NCBI GenBank assembly: GCA_050575255.1
Contig: JBNZDD010013718.1
Span: 2,906,113 to 2,970,112, forward strand
Length of the DNA stretch: 64,000 nt
Source of the DNA: Harriotta raleighana
Lineage: Eukaryota
Reading direction: 5' to 3'
Shown here: piece by piece, positions 1 to 11,400 of the stretch
Layout of the letters: each line of letters begins with the position of its first letter
How positions within the stretch are numbered: the stretch's first letter is position 1
Made by a program: the position numbers and the translations under genes
Notes under the pieces: model-generated
Database searches by the model: none
What the model was told of the DNA's origin: nothing
What the model saw: only the letters and a program-made list of their open reading frames with translations

Positions 1-404
1 CCCTTGATTGGGTGTTTAATTAGCATTTAGGTTTAACATAGAACAAATGGATAAGTATAGTGCCAAGATGATGCTTTAACACATACATGTTAATGAAGAA
101 GAGATTATCAATGCAAATAAACTTCCTCTTGTAATCATGAACTTCATCCATTTTTGTTTTTGACTTGTCTCTTTCTTTTAAGATCTCATGAAACCATTTG
201 GATCTTCCAATACCCTTTTTATATCAAGAGCCACTTGCTCAAACCAATGTACTTGCATGCAGAGATACCATGAGGGAGAGTGAGAAGAATTGTCAGAGGT
301 GCCATCTACCTGTTCAGGTGCACATTAAAGATCACAAGATACCTTTGAAAGATACGTACATGAAAAGGGCAGAATCCCCCAGGTGTATTCAGTCCATGGT
401 GGGC

Positions 405-580
405 TGTTGTTTGGTGTGTGCATGTGTGTGGATGTATGTGGAGGTTGTATAGTATGTAGAGTGTGTGTGAGTGAGGGTGTGTAGTGTGTGAAAGAGTATA
501 TGTGGTGTTTAGTGTGTGTGATTGAGGGGGGCCTATAATATGTGTGAGGGGTGTACAGTATGTGTGAGGGGTGTACAGTA
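405..580. repeat. TG-rich degenerate micro/minisatellite in intron 1
   Basis: gtgtgtg and tgtgtgagggggtgtacagta units; a similar tract lies at 1110-1200. Confidence 0.8.
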
Positions 581-760
581 ATCCCTCCCAAAAAATACAC
601 AATAAAATTGGTCATTTCAATCCACGGACGCCTGTTTATGGGACACTGCTGTGCGCAATTGGATGCCGTGTTTCGCCCACAAATATGCAGTGCATTCTGT
701 GAGGCGCCTGGAAGACGTGAAAAGCACTGCATCAAATGCAAGGATGATTACTTTTATTAA
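578..760 (+). mobile_element. DeuSINE, headless 3' part
   Basis: ggtcatttcaatcc...ggacactgctgtgcgcaattgg...gtgaaaagcac...aaatgcaagg plus ATT-rich tail. Confidence 0.85.
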
Positions 761-1108
761 CAATAATAATCCTTGCATTTGATACAGCGCTTTTCACATC
801 TTATCGACCGTCCCAAAGCGCTTCACAGAATATACTGTAAAGTGAATTTGACTGTATATTTGTGGGCGGAAGGCGGCAGCCAATTGCGCACAGCGGGGTC
901 CCCCACAAACAGTCATGGATTGAAATGACCAATTTTATGAGGGTGTTTTTGTTTTTTTTGAGGGTTATTATTAGGCGCGCACACACACGCACGCGCGCGG
1001 AGTAAGGAAACTTGCCCAAGGTTTCGCCCTGAGCTGCCTGGATTCGAACATAGGTCTCACAAAGCGCTTGTAAGGGCGAATGCTCTTACCACTGAGCCAC
1101 AAGGAGCT
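761..1108 (-). mobile_element. Full-length tRNA-head SINE with Deu 3' part and L2-like tail
   Basis: On minus: A box TGGCTCAGTGG, B box GTTCGAATCC, CCTTGGGCAAGTTT, Deu segment, TGCAAGGATTATTATT tail. Confidence 0.88.
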
Positions 1109-1203
1109 CTAATGTGTGAGAGAGTGAGGGGGTCCACAGTGAGTGTGAGAGAGAGAGGGTTGTGTACAGTGTGTTAGAGAGGAGGGGGGGTCACAGCACC
1201 CAC

Positions 1204-1471
1204 CTGCTGCTGGTGCCTGCCACAGGCTCTGCTGCTGATGGACATACACCAACTCTTCCCTGTAGCTACGCGTTGACGCAGACGCGGCGGAGGGGCTATC
1301 ACACCAGTTGACGCGGGCGCTGCCCCGGGCCTCCGCCCTCAGACCCTTCACCTTCATCTCCTCATTCAGCTCCAGCAGCACCTGCCCGGACAGCCTGTCG
1401 CCGCTCGAGTAGCTGCTCTTGGACTCATCGTCGAAGACGACGCCGAAGGTCTTCACCGCCCGCACTACCAT
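1204..1471 (-). CDS. ARRDC4: First coding exon of an alpha-arrestin (arrestin domain-containing protein 4-like); the gene continues off the left edge
   Basis: MVVRAVKTFGVVFDDESKSSYSSGDRLSGQVLLE...LRAEARGSARVNW...ASAST...SLWQAPAAG aligns with the recalled ARRDC4 N-terminus (VKSLGLVFEDERKGCYSSGETVAGHVLLE...ASAST...SLREPPAG). Strong Kozak GCCATGG. Donor CAG|GTGGGT at 1204/1203, phase 1. The ORF tail (GCCDPP...) is intron read-through. Confidence 0.88.
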
Positions 1472-1479
1472 GGCTGACC

Positions 1480-2090
1480 GGTTTGGGGTGACCGTGAGGG
1501 AAGGGAGAGCTTACTTATCTGATGCGATGCGCTTTTGGGGGGCCGTTTGTCTTGAGCGGGGGAGGAGGGAGGGAGAGGGGGAGGTACGAAAAGACAAAAC
1601 ATCGGCCTTTGAGTCACGTTTCTCGTGAAATATGTGGACAATTCCCCTGCTGCTGCTGCTGCTGTACCGCAGTTGACAGCGGCTGCTGCTCCCAACCTGA
1701 CTGGTTGACTCACACGCCCACCTCAGCTCGTCGTTCAGCATGCTCCGGTGCAACCTAACCTGAGCGGCGAAGGAGGGAAGGGGCGGGGGGGTGGAGGGCG
1801 GGACAAGGAGGCCGTTTGCGCAGCCGATTGGTCGGCTCTCAGTCGATCGCCGCTCTGCCTCTTTACGATTGGTGGGTGGCTGGGGGATGGGGGGGGGCTC
1901 AAGCGGGAGTGAGGTTAGGTTGACGCCGCGCGCGGCTGGTGGATGGTCCAGCGCCTGATCGGCGCCAGGCAGCCAATGGGCGAGGAGGGAACGCACGTGA
2001 ACACACCTTGCAACCGTTGGGGAGCAGCGCGTGCTCATCGGGATGATCAACGTTGGCAGATTGGGCGGCTTTTCAAGCCCAACTTGGGCG
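1480..2090 (-). promoter_or_regulatory. CpG-island promoter and 5'UTR of the ARRDC4-like gene
   Basis: GC/CpG-rich against an AT-rich background. CCAAT boxes at 1827-1831, 1868-1872, 1973-1977 and 2060-2064; GC box about 1781; E-boxes CACGTG 1994-1999 and CGCGTG 2028-2033; AP-1 TGAGTCA 1610-1616; no TATA seen. Confidence 0.8.
1647..1664. repeat. (CTG)n/(CAG)n short tract in the probable 5'UTR
   Basis: ctgctgctgctgctgctg read directly. Confidence 0.9.
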
Positions 2091-2444
2091 AGTTTTTCTT
2101 AGCTTTGTGACTACTGTTGTTGCTGTTGCCTAAATTAAATGTTTTTTTTTACACACACGCACCCCACCACCCGAAGGCTTTTTGTTCTCTCTCTGACACA
2201 GTTTCAAAAAAAAAAGCACTAACTTGAGTGAATCGGATCCCCCACCCACTCCACACACTTTTGATGAATCTTGGGCTACTTTTGGGCTACTCTTTGAGGG
2301 CTTTGGGTTACAGTACAAACTATTTTTAATTTCTGGCAAACCCTGTTGAGTATGTTCTGTACCTGATTTTCTCAATCCCCTTGTGTCATCCTCCCTAAAG
2401 TTTAAGGTGACCTTAAACTTATTAACCGTCTGTAATACCGTAAG

Positions 2445-2835
2445 AATAATAATAATCATCATCCTTGCATTTGACAAAGTGCTTTTCACTTCTTAGACGT
2501 CTCAAAGCACGTCACAGAATACACTGTAAAGCGAATTGACTGCTGTACACTTGTGGGTGAAACTTGGCAGCCAATTGCGTAGAGCAGTGTCCCACAAACA
2601 GGCGTGGATTGAAATGATCAATTTTATTGTTTTTTTGAAGGATTATTATTAGGTTGAGTAAGGAAATGCCCAAGTGTTCACTCTGGCCAAGTATATCATT
2701 GAACTTCCTCATCTTAATAATAATGATAAGAGTCATTGCATTTGACTTAGCTTTCGCGTCTTCTAGATGTCTCAAAAGCACTTCACAGAATGTACTGTAA
2801 AGTGGATTGGCTTTATATATGTGGGCGATATGTGG
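2445..2835 (-). mobile_element. Two tandem DeuSINE 3' fragments (about 2445-2690 and 2715-2835)
   Basis: ttgcatttgac...aaagcac..cacagaat..actgtaaag present twice. Confidence 0.8.
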
Positions 2836-3149
2836 TAGTGGTTGATTGGAGAAGCTTGTGAGATTGATGGCAGTATTTCAAAATGATGAGTTTGTTGGCG
2901 AACTCGAGGCAGGACAAATTTGGCTTCAGGTTCATAACACCTCATTGTTCCCGGAAATCGGGGATGTATAGTCAGCCGACTATAGATATATTTGTATTTA
3001 AAATAAAGGAAGGAGCCAGAAAGGATATGAAAAGGGGTTTGAACCTTTGGGCCATCCTCAACAGGTTCCCAATGATAGTAGCAACAGAGCTGCAAGGATG
3101 GACACACATCAGGAATAAATACCCCCTTTTGGCTAACGTCTGGTGCCAT

Positions 3150-3295
3150 TGGAGCAGGAGTAGGCCATTTGGCCCCTCGAGCCTGCTCCGTCAATTCACA
3201 GTCAATTCACTTTACAGTATATTCTGTGAAGCGCTTTGAGACATGTAGAAGATGTGAAAAGCGCTATATCAAATGCAGGGATTACTATTATTATA
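3150..3295. mobile_element. Short CR1 3'-end piece (minus) fused to a DeuSINE tail (plus)
   Basis: ggagcaggagtaggccatttggcccctcgagcctgctccg, then ctgtgaagcgctttgagac...aaatgcagggatta. Confidence 0.7.
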
Positions 3296-3879
3296 TTTGT
3301 TCTTATATATATTTAAAAAAACTGTTCTTATCCATTACTCTTTGCGCTATGCCGTTCCTGGCTCTGCCTGCGTGGTCTTGGATCGGTGTAGCAGATCCTC
3401 TGAGCCTCCCAGTGATTTATTCATCCCCGTAATAGTTGCAGCTGGGAAAGCCCCTCTTTTGGCTGGTATCGGTATTGCCACACTGCAGATTCTGAGAAGT
3501 TTGATCAATTCTCACCTGGAAGAGTGGAGTAGGTGCAACAATGAGCTGCCCAGGTTTAGACTGGGCTTGCCCAGGTCAGGCAGAAGATCTAGCCGTTCGA
3601 CTTGCTTGAGTGAACAGGCAGGCAGACAGATTCCAGTGTGACCCCAGACAGAACCCTTATTCAAAGCACCTCTGACTGCAAGCTTTTTATTTCTTAAGTA
3701 CCATATCGTGGATAGCACATTGGTAACTGAAACAGAATTTGTACCACACATTTGAATGTATTTCATTCCTCTTTTTAAATTATATATTAGAATATACAAA
3801 TGTTGTCAATGTTTAAATAGACACAAGGGTGTGAGTTCCTGCTTTTTCATATCTGTTTTTTCTTTTTGTTTCACAGATA

Positions 3880-4080
3880 ACCAATACTATTGGAGATTTT
3901 ATTAAAACGATTAAAAGACATAATAGAATGGAAAAGAAAGACAATCCTTGATAACTGGAAACTAGAAATGAATAATTAATCTATTAATATTTGCCATTGG
4001 TATAAGATTACATAAACTGTACACAGCAACATTTTGAATCCAAGTGGAAACCTGTGCGAATTACTTTTGATAATCCTACG
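3880..4080 (+). mobile_element. Decayed L1/Tx1-like ORF2 C-terminal relic
   Basis: Broken-frame peptides RKTILDNWK and FESKWKP resemble the recalled fish L1 ORF2 end (R..IL..WK ... F...W.P). Confidence 0.4.
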
Positions 4081-5349
4081 TTGCTTAATTCATTAAAACT
4101 CAGGTAAAAATATTGAACTAAATATTGAACTGAACTAAACATTTCAATAATTCTCAAGATTTCCAATTATATTGACATATGGTTAACACATCATACAATA
4201 ATTAGGGTGGACAAAATGTAACATTTGCCCAACTGAAAAGCTCTTTTTCAACATATTGCAGGATTTGAATGTATGGTCGTGGTATATTCTGCTGACAAAA
4301 ATAAATGTATGAATCCTTTATGAATTTACAATATATACCTCCCACAACAAGTAGAACTTGCAAACATGCAGTAAGTCAAGATACAAAAAATATATCTATG
4401 GACCTCCTCAGAAATCATTAATACTGCTCGATAACCGCTCCTCCAATATCCATTATGCTCAGTGCAAATCTTTTGTGCTTTTACTTTGCAAATCCAATCA
4501 TTTATTTTTAAGAAAATCTATGGGATCTATTTTCGGCCATTGGGAATTTACATATCAACTTACAACCGTGTACTAAATGGCAGTCCATATGCTAATGCTG
4601 CTTTTGGCATTATTAATGCCAGTTTGTATATTTCATTGCAAATTTAACACAACATGAAATATGTTATGCTGGTTGGTTAAAAACACTAATTAAGACAATT
4701 ACTGCTGGATGGGAGCAGATCCAATTTACTGAAATCACATACAAATTTTAGGTCACACTTGGGCCATGCCCTATTATCCATGACAAGCATGAGCCAATAA
4801 TACAGTACAATTAATTTATTCTCATGCTTTATAGTATTTACATCTACTGTATTTAAATCAATTGTAACTATAATTAGCAGCATATACGTCTGAACATTTA
4901 AGAAAATTAAAGCCTTGAATCAAGAGGATGAAAAAGGAACACAAAGAGGTTTCAAATGTGAAATGGAACAGAATAAAGTGGCACGGAGTGTGAGAAAAGA
5001 CGCTACAATCCGAAATGGGAAAAATATGCCTCTTCAAGGACAGGATAAATATTTCAAGTATATGTCCATGTGTACTGTAAGACCCACACACTTATCTTTA
5101 CTGCACATTTCTGTCTGAGTTTTAAATAAATAACTAAATACAAAATGTTTGCAGTTCCGGAGCAGTTCAAGTCCATTACTTGAAGAAATTGTGCCGTCCT
5201 AACTGATTTGTGGATTTCTAAAGCATTAGCTGCAAAGCTTTGATGAACCAACAGTTCACAAATCTGATTTCTGGGGCCTCTACTCAAAAATTCTCCTCAT
5301 TTGCTAATAGATCATCTGTATTTTGTTTACAGTTGTTTACAGTTACTTG

Positions 5350-5660
5350 CCCATGACTAAATGTAGGCAAATGTGCCAGCTAATTTATGAACAGCAAAGT
5401 CCCACAAACAGGCATGAAGTGGATGAGGTCTGTATCTGGGGGCATTGGTAGCTAGGATTTGGGAGAAACTGTTCTCTTTTTGAACAGTGTAATGCATATA
5501 CAGACATGATTTCTGTTCAACACCCTAATGAAAACACCTGACAATGCAGCATTCCCATCGGGCCACACTGGGACAAAAGCCTAAATGTTGAGTTAACTCC
5601 AAAAAGGGGCTTTAACTCAAACCTACTGACCCAAAATTAAGGTTTTAGCCAAGCTGATAT
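5350..5660 (-). mobile_element. Old DeuSINE with degenerate tRNA head
   Basis: agtcccacaaacaggcatgaag...gacaatgcagcattccc...ctactgaccc. Confidence 0.65.
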
Positions 5661-7225
5661 ATTAATGTTATTACACAAATTGTTGACATTGTCCATGGTT
5701 TATCATTGTTAATCGAGGCAATATATTAATTGTGAACATTAGAATTTTCAGTCTTTCGGCTTTCCATAAGTAGCTAGTTTTTTTTTGCAAAACATTTCCA
5801 TCATGTGAGATTGAGTGATGTGAAGTGTATAAATTGATAAATGGAAGCTAACATTATAATTATAATTACTTGGTCAGTCAACAATTAAATATGTTCGTTT
5901 TTATGATTTTTTCTAGCGCAAACAGCTCACATAGAATATTATGGTCCGTGGAACAAATGTAAAGTAGATTAGCCATTCAGAGGCTGTGGACCTTGTATTT
6001 GGCACCTCTCCTTGGTTATGTGATGAGCCATGTGAAGTTATAGGAATATTAAATACTGTGACTGAAAAATAGTACACCAATAGTACACATTGTTAAACTT
6101 GACTGATAAAATTTACACTTTGAACCTTTACCAAATTAGTTAAAAGTTATATTTATAGCTCCTTATTCTACTATTGCTAGTTGATATGTGAATTAATGAA
6201 GTTATATAATTCCAAGAACAACAAATTCTATTTGTATAGTGGATAATTATAGAAATCGCATTGTCTAATGTTTCAAAAGATATGCAAAGGAAACAATGCT
6301 GTTATTCTAAGGTTATAAACAATGTCTTTTGTTAGAATGTCATGAAATTATGAAGTCTAACCAGCTGAACGCACACAGCTTGCTATCGAAAGCATAGACT
6401 TCCCTACTGCTTGTCCAGCTAGGAACACCCTACCTATGAGTATTTTGTCTTGTCGGATTAATATGAATTAACAGGAGAATGTTGTCTGGAGTTCCAGTGT
6501 AATATACTGAGGTAGCAATAGCAAAAACTCCTCTTCTTGTCTGTACATATGCTTGGTGATTGAGCTTGGGTGATAAGATATGACTTCAGTGGAATACTGT
6601 GGCACTTTGAGCTAAAATGATAAGCCAATGTCACATAGGAGTTTCTCTTTGGAGTGTGAGTATCATTTTCATTTTTAACAGGATTTTCAAACAGTTTGAT
6701 TCGTCACTATTGTACAATTGGGATGTCCTCCTGCTGTGAAAGGCACTTTACAAATATAATTTTTTTGTTGTTGTTAGCACCAAAACAACAAGTTCTCTAT
6801 AACCCAGGCTAATGGTATTCTATGCTAATTCTGCTGTCCAATTTAAAAATATGCCATTAGTGTATCAAAAGGCTAATTTTGATGTACTTAAGGGAACACA
6901 GGATTGATTAGATGTTTTTTTTCTCTTAGAATTCCTGACACTTCACAGAACTGTCATCATGTTAGAGTTTTGATGTTGTGATATCTGAAAATTAACTTGA
7001 TTGAACTGGCAGAATGTAAAAACCTCTTTACACCATCCAGGAATTAATTTAGCCATAATTAATGGGAAGAGAGAATCTTTTCTCTATGGTAAATTTTCAG
7101 ATGCAGAAGCTATTGGGTATGTGCAGGTCTTTATCAGTGTGAACCAATTCACAATGCCTCACAATTCAGCATTGACTGGGTAATTTCACTCAGATAGCAC
7201 AAACATGGTTTGGGTAGTGATCCTG

Positions 7226-7442
7226 TAATAATAATACTCCTTGCATTTGATATAGCGCTTTCACGTCTTCAAGGCGTCTCAAAAAGCTTCACAGAATATA
7301 TTGTAAAGTGAATTGACTGTATATTTGTGGACGAAACGTGGCAGCCAATTGCGCACAGCAGTGTCCTACAAACAGTCGTAGATTGAAATGCCAATTTTTT
7401 TAGGGATTATTATTTGGCATGTGGAGTAAGTAAACTTGCCTT
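7226..7442 (-). mobile_element. DeuSINE, young subfamily, 5'-truncated
   Basis: Close to 761-1010, ends at aacttgcc. Confidence 0.85.
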
Positions 7443-7710
7443 GTAATGGCAAGAGATACAGTACAGTACTTTATTAAGATACATGTTGGTGCCAGGAGAG
7501 GGAGTTTGTCTCTTTCCTATGCTTACTGATCCTGGACAGCAGATGTTAAAAGTACAGTTCAAATTCCCAGTTACAATTTATTCATTGTCGCAGGAGGGAG
7601 GGTCAGTCCAGTGCACTTTGACACAAGTAGATCATTTAAATAGAAGACACATTGACAAGTAAAGAAATAGAAGTTAATTATTACACCTTATGTACTATGT
7701 TGTACATTTT

Positions 7711-8480
7711 CATAGAATTTTTTCATAGATTCATTGAATGTTATGGCACAGAAGGAGGCCATTCGGCCCATCGAGTCTGTACCGGCTCTTTGACAGAGCA
7801 ATGTCACTTTCCTTAACCCCAATCACCAGCTTTCTCCCCATAACCCTGCAAACCCATCTTCCCCAGATATCTATCCAGTTCTCTCTTAAAAGCTGTTATC
7901 GAATTGGACATCACTACCCTTTCAGGGGGATCAATCCAAATTCGTAAAAACTCGCTGAGTGAAAAAATTTCTTCTAACCTCCCTTCTGCTTCTTTTGGTA
8001 GATATCTTAAGACTGTGACCAAGGGTAACAGGCACCTACCAACGGAAACAGCTTTTTCCTANTTCTGCTTCTTTTGGTAGATATCTTAAGACTGTGACCA
8101 ACGGAAACAGCTTTTTCCTATCTAGCCTGTCGAAACCTTTTATGATTTTGAAGACCTCTGTCAGGTCCCCGTGTAACCTTCTCTGCTCTAATGGGAAAAG
8201 TCCTAACTTCTCCAGCCTGTCCTCATAGCTAAGGTTCCCCATTGCTGGTATCATTCTCGTGAACCTCCTCTGCACCCTTTCCAGTGGCTTAATGTCCTTC
8301 CTGAAGAAAGGTGCCCAGAACTGGACGCAGTACTCCAGCTGAGGCCTAACCAGTGTTTTGTATAGATTAACCTACTCTACTCTTATACTCTATGTCCCTA
8401 CTAATAAAGCTCAGTGCACCAAATGCCTTTTTTTACTGCCTTATCTACCTGCCCTGCTACCTTTAATGATTCGGTATATA
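7711..8480 (-). mobile_element. CR1 LINE 3' end (RT C-terminus, 3'UTR, ATTCTATG-type tail)
   Basis: QRRFTRMIP.MGNLSYEDRLEKLGLFPLEQRRLHGDLTEVFKIIKGFD; PERVV...FKRELDRYL; catagaat terminal repeats. Confidence 0.95.
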
Positions 8481-11400
8481 TATTCAGGACATGTTTTGAT
8501 TTTGTTTTAGCAATTTTATATTTCTGAATATAAGATCAAATGGATTGGAAATAAAAAGTTTGCAGTTTCCCCAAATACTAAGTACAGTATCCCTCGATTC
8601 CGGATTTGTTACAATTCCCAAACACTGGACTTGGTGAATGCATTCTGAATTTCTGAAAATGTAGCTTCGAAGTTTCAAATGATTTCATTCATTTGCTAAA
8701 TTCTGGATGCTTTGAAATATTAACAAGAGTAAATCTAGAGCCAAATGGAATTTCTGTATTGGTGTTAGGAAAGCTGAAAGGTGTCTGCTTGCTTACTACA
8801 ATGTGCCCTCTAGTGGTTTTTGAATTATCTTGTTTTCATGAAGCAACTCTCTTGTGCCACCTCATGTTTGTGCAAAGTATTGTAAAACTGATAGAATTTC
8901 CTTATCAACCTACCCGTATATGAACTGCATCCTATCCTGAATGCAGCTTTTTGTTAAGCTGTACTCTTCATCTGAATGAACAGAAGGACTTGGTGTTCAA
9001 TGTAACCTGTGGAAAAGAACGCTCATTAGAAATTATTTGCTGCGGTTGATAATTTTTATTTCGTTCATAGGCATACATTTGCATGAGGTAAACAATTTGA
9101 ATTTTATGATTATAGCTAGTATTATAATTATTATCTTTGCCATTGCTGATTATTTTGTTTTGTTCAGTGCAATCCAGTAGAGTTCAACTAGCAGAGTACA
9201 AATTTGCAGTCAGATTCTTTTGATGGCAAATAATCACAAATAATCAAATACATTTAAAAAAAAATTCCAAGAAAATTTAAAAAAACTTAGTTAGATTTGC
9301 ATTGTAGTTAACTCCATATTTAAATATTTCAGCTGGACATAATTTAAAAATGTCTGTTAAAAGAGCCTTTTAATGGAGTTCTTACAGTTTAATGTGAACA
9401 TTGTTTATTTTACTCAAATAACTGCTAGCCCAACGGCTAAAATAATAGAACATTGAACTGAATAGAAGGCCTGAGTTCACATAGCAGTCTTGACTAACAT
9501 TTGCACTGAGGCTTCTCCTAGAGAGTAAGATTTGGCAGTCTTGCGAGGGTCATCTGCTAGAAGGAGGAAAATAAAATGAAATGGGTTCAGACTCATTGCT
9601 AATTCAGTAATAGATCAGTAGTTGTACTGCATCAAGTGCTGTGCTTGACCTAGCTGTTTCCCATTACAATATGTAGAGAATGAACTTGTGCCTGAACAAT
9701 TGTTTGATTTAACAATCCATTCACTTCAAGGGGATATCCATTAATTGGCTTGTACTGTATCACAAATGTTACATTTAGTTTGCAGTAAAGTCAAAAAAAT
9801 TCAAAGGATTTGAATATTTTATGCTTAATTAGATGAGATTCAAAGGGAATTATTCCCCCACTGCAAAGCAACCAAATGCTGGCTGAAAACTATTGACATC
9901 TAGTCAATTACAGGTGCAAAGTTTCACACATTGCATCAGATCATCTTGTACAGCAATTTGTTGCCATCAAGTAGACCGTACAAACTAAAGAGATGTAAAG
10001 AAAGAATTGTTTATGAAATTCTAGCCATCCACTTGTACGTAAGTGAGATTGAGCCCCATTATGGTGTAATGTGTGGTAAGGATTATTACAATTACTGAAC
10101 TCTTTGTTCATTTGCAATTTTCCTTTATTTGTTTGCAAAACATCCTTACCTCTTCCTGGCTGTGATCCCAGTACTGCACAGTACTTCGGCCAGTTACAAA
10201 CTGCACGTGTGAACTTGACAATCAATGTAAGCAGGGTAATTTAACTACAGACACTATCATACATCAATTTACCCGATTGTCATCCAACTTCCACATGTCC
10301 ACTCACCACAATCACCAGGAGCTATAGCCCACAATGAGTTTCTGCTTCCCAAAACAGAGATGCTAAAACTAAACATGCAGCAGACAAACATGCCCTGATT
10401 TACATCAGTTAATACAGCTGCAATGTGAGAATTGAATCTGACTCTATACCATTAAAATATTTTGATGTGCTTTTTGCATTAGTTGGATGACTTTATACAT
10501 GCTCAACATCAATGAATATATGTATGTATCACCTGGACTGGGCCCCATTGATATTGCTGGTGCAATTTGATATTACTTCTAATGGTATAGGCGGTGGGAA
10601 ATCAGACTTATATTTCCTAATTCGCTCTCGCCGAAGAGCACTCATTACACACGCAACTAAATTTAAAGCTTCATTGGAACACGATACTCTATAGTCGGAT
10701 TCGTACTATGGTAGCCAATGGAACAGATACCGTTTTGATACCATCTCTTGGATCAGTGCATCGAAACATGATTTGATGTGAAAATTATTTTGAATTGATA
10801 CTAAAAGTGCGGTATAAATGGGACAGGACTCTCATGAGGCAGAAATCAGGTTTTTTTTCCTAGAGTCGAAAGGTCATGTCAATTCTTGTTCTAACTGGTT
10901 AGAACATATCTCTGATGGCTTACTTGAATTATGTTCCCTCTTGAGCATCTGCAACTTCATCTTGGAGAGAAATTGACATCTCTCTCACGTTTGGATAAAT
11001 AAGTATCTTGTATTGAGCCTTGCTTCTCTGCAATCCGTTTTGAGTTTCAGGCTGATGCCACCCCTCTTTCCTTCTGATTCTGTGAATCTTGATGAGGCAC
11101 AGTCTCAAATGTAAGGATTCTAATAGAACAAAATTGCACTTTGCCCATTGATGCTACTTAGTGTGTTTTTTTTTGTTTTGCACTATTATTTATTGGAAAT
11201 TCCTTTATGATTTTGAGAAATCTGAGTGCTCGGAGACCCTACCCTGTGTAAGTGCAAGTTGTTGAAATAATTTCCTCTGTGGTTTGCAAGAGCCATCAAG
11301 AATGGGGCATAGGAGAGTGGGGGTTGAAAGAGTCCTATCCTTTCCTAACTCGGAACCTGATTTGAACCCGAGTTACTGAGGAGAAAGAGTGGTTTCAGAT

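Noticed and set aside
198-741. Overlapping ORFs in intron 1, or a possible exon 2
   Set aside because: Microsatellite- and SINE-derived; no arrestin exon-2 motif (G.HEFPF.FQLP) found in 1-1200
1030-1108. tRNA gene
   Set aside because: A and B boxes are present but continue into a SINE body; no cloverleaf
1109-1203. C-terminal 30 aa of ORF 1109-1471
   Set aside because: Lies beyond the splice donor in low-complexity intron sequence
1994-2044. Canonical ChoRE built from the E-boxes
   Set aside because: Neither E-box has a partner half-site at 5-nt spacing
1511-2050. 179-aa ORF over the promoter
   Set aside because: GC-rich CpG-island open frame with a non-ATG start and no recognisable domain
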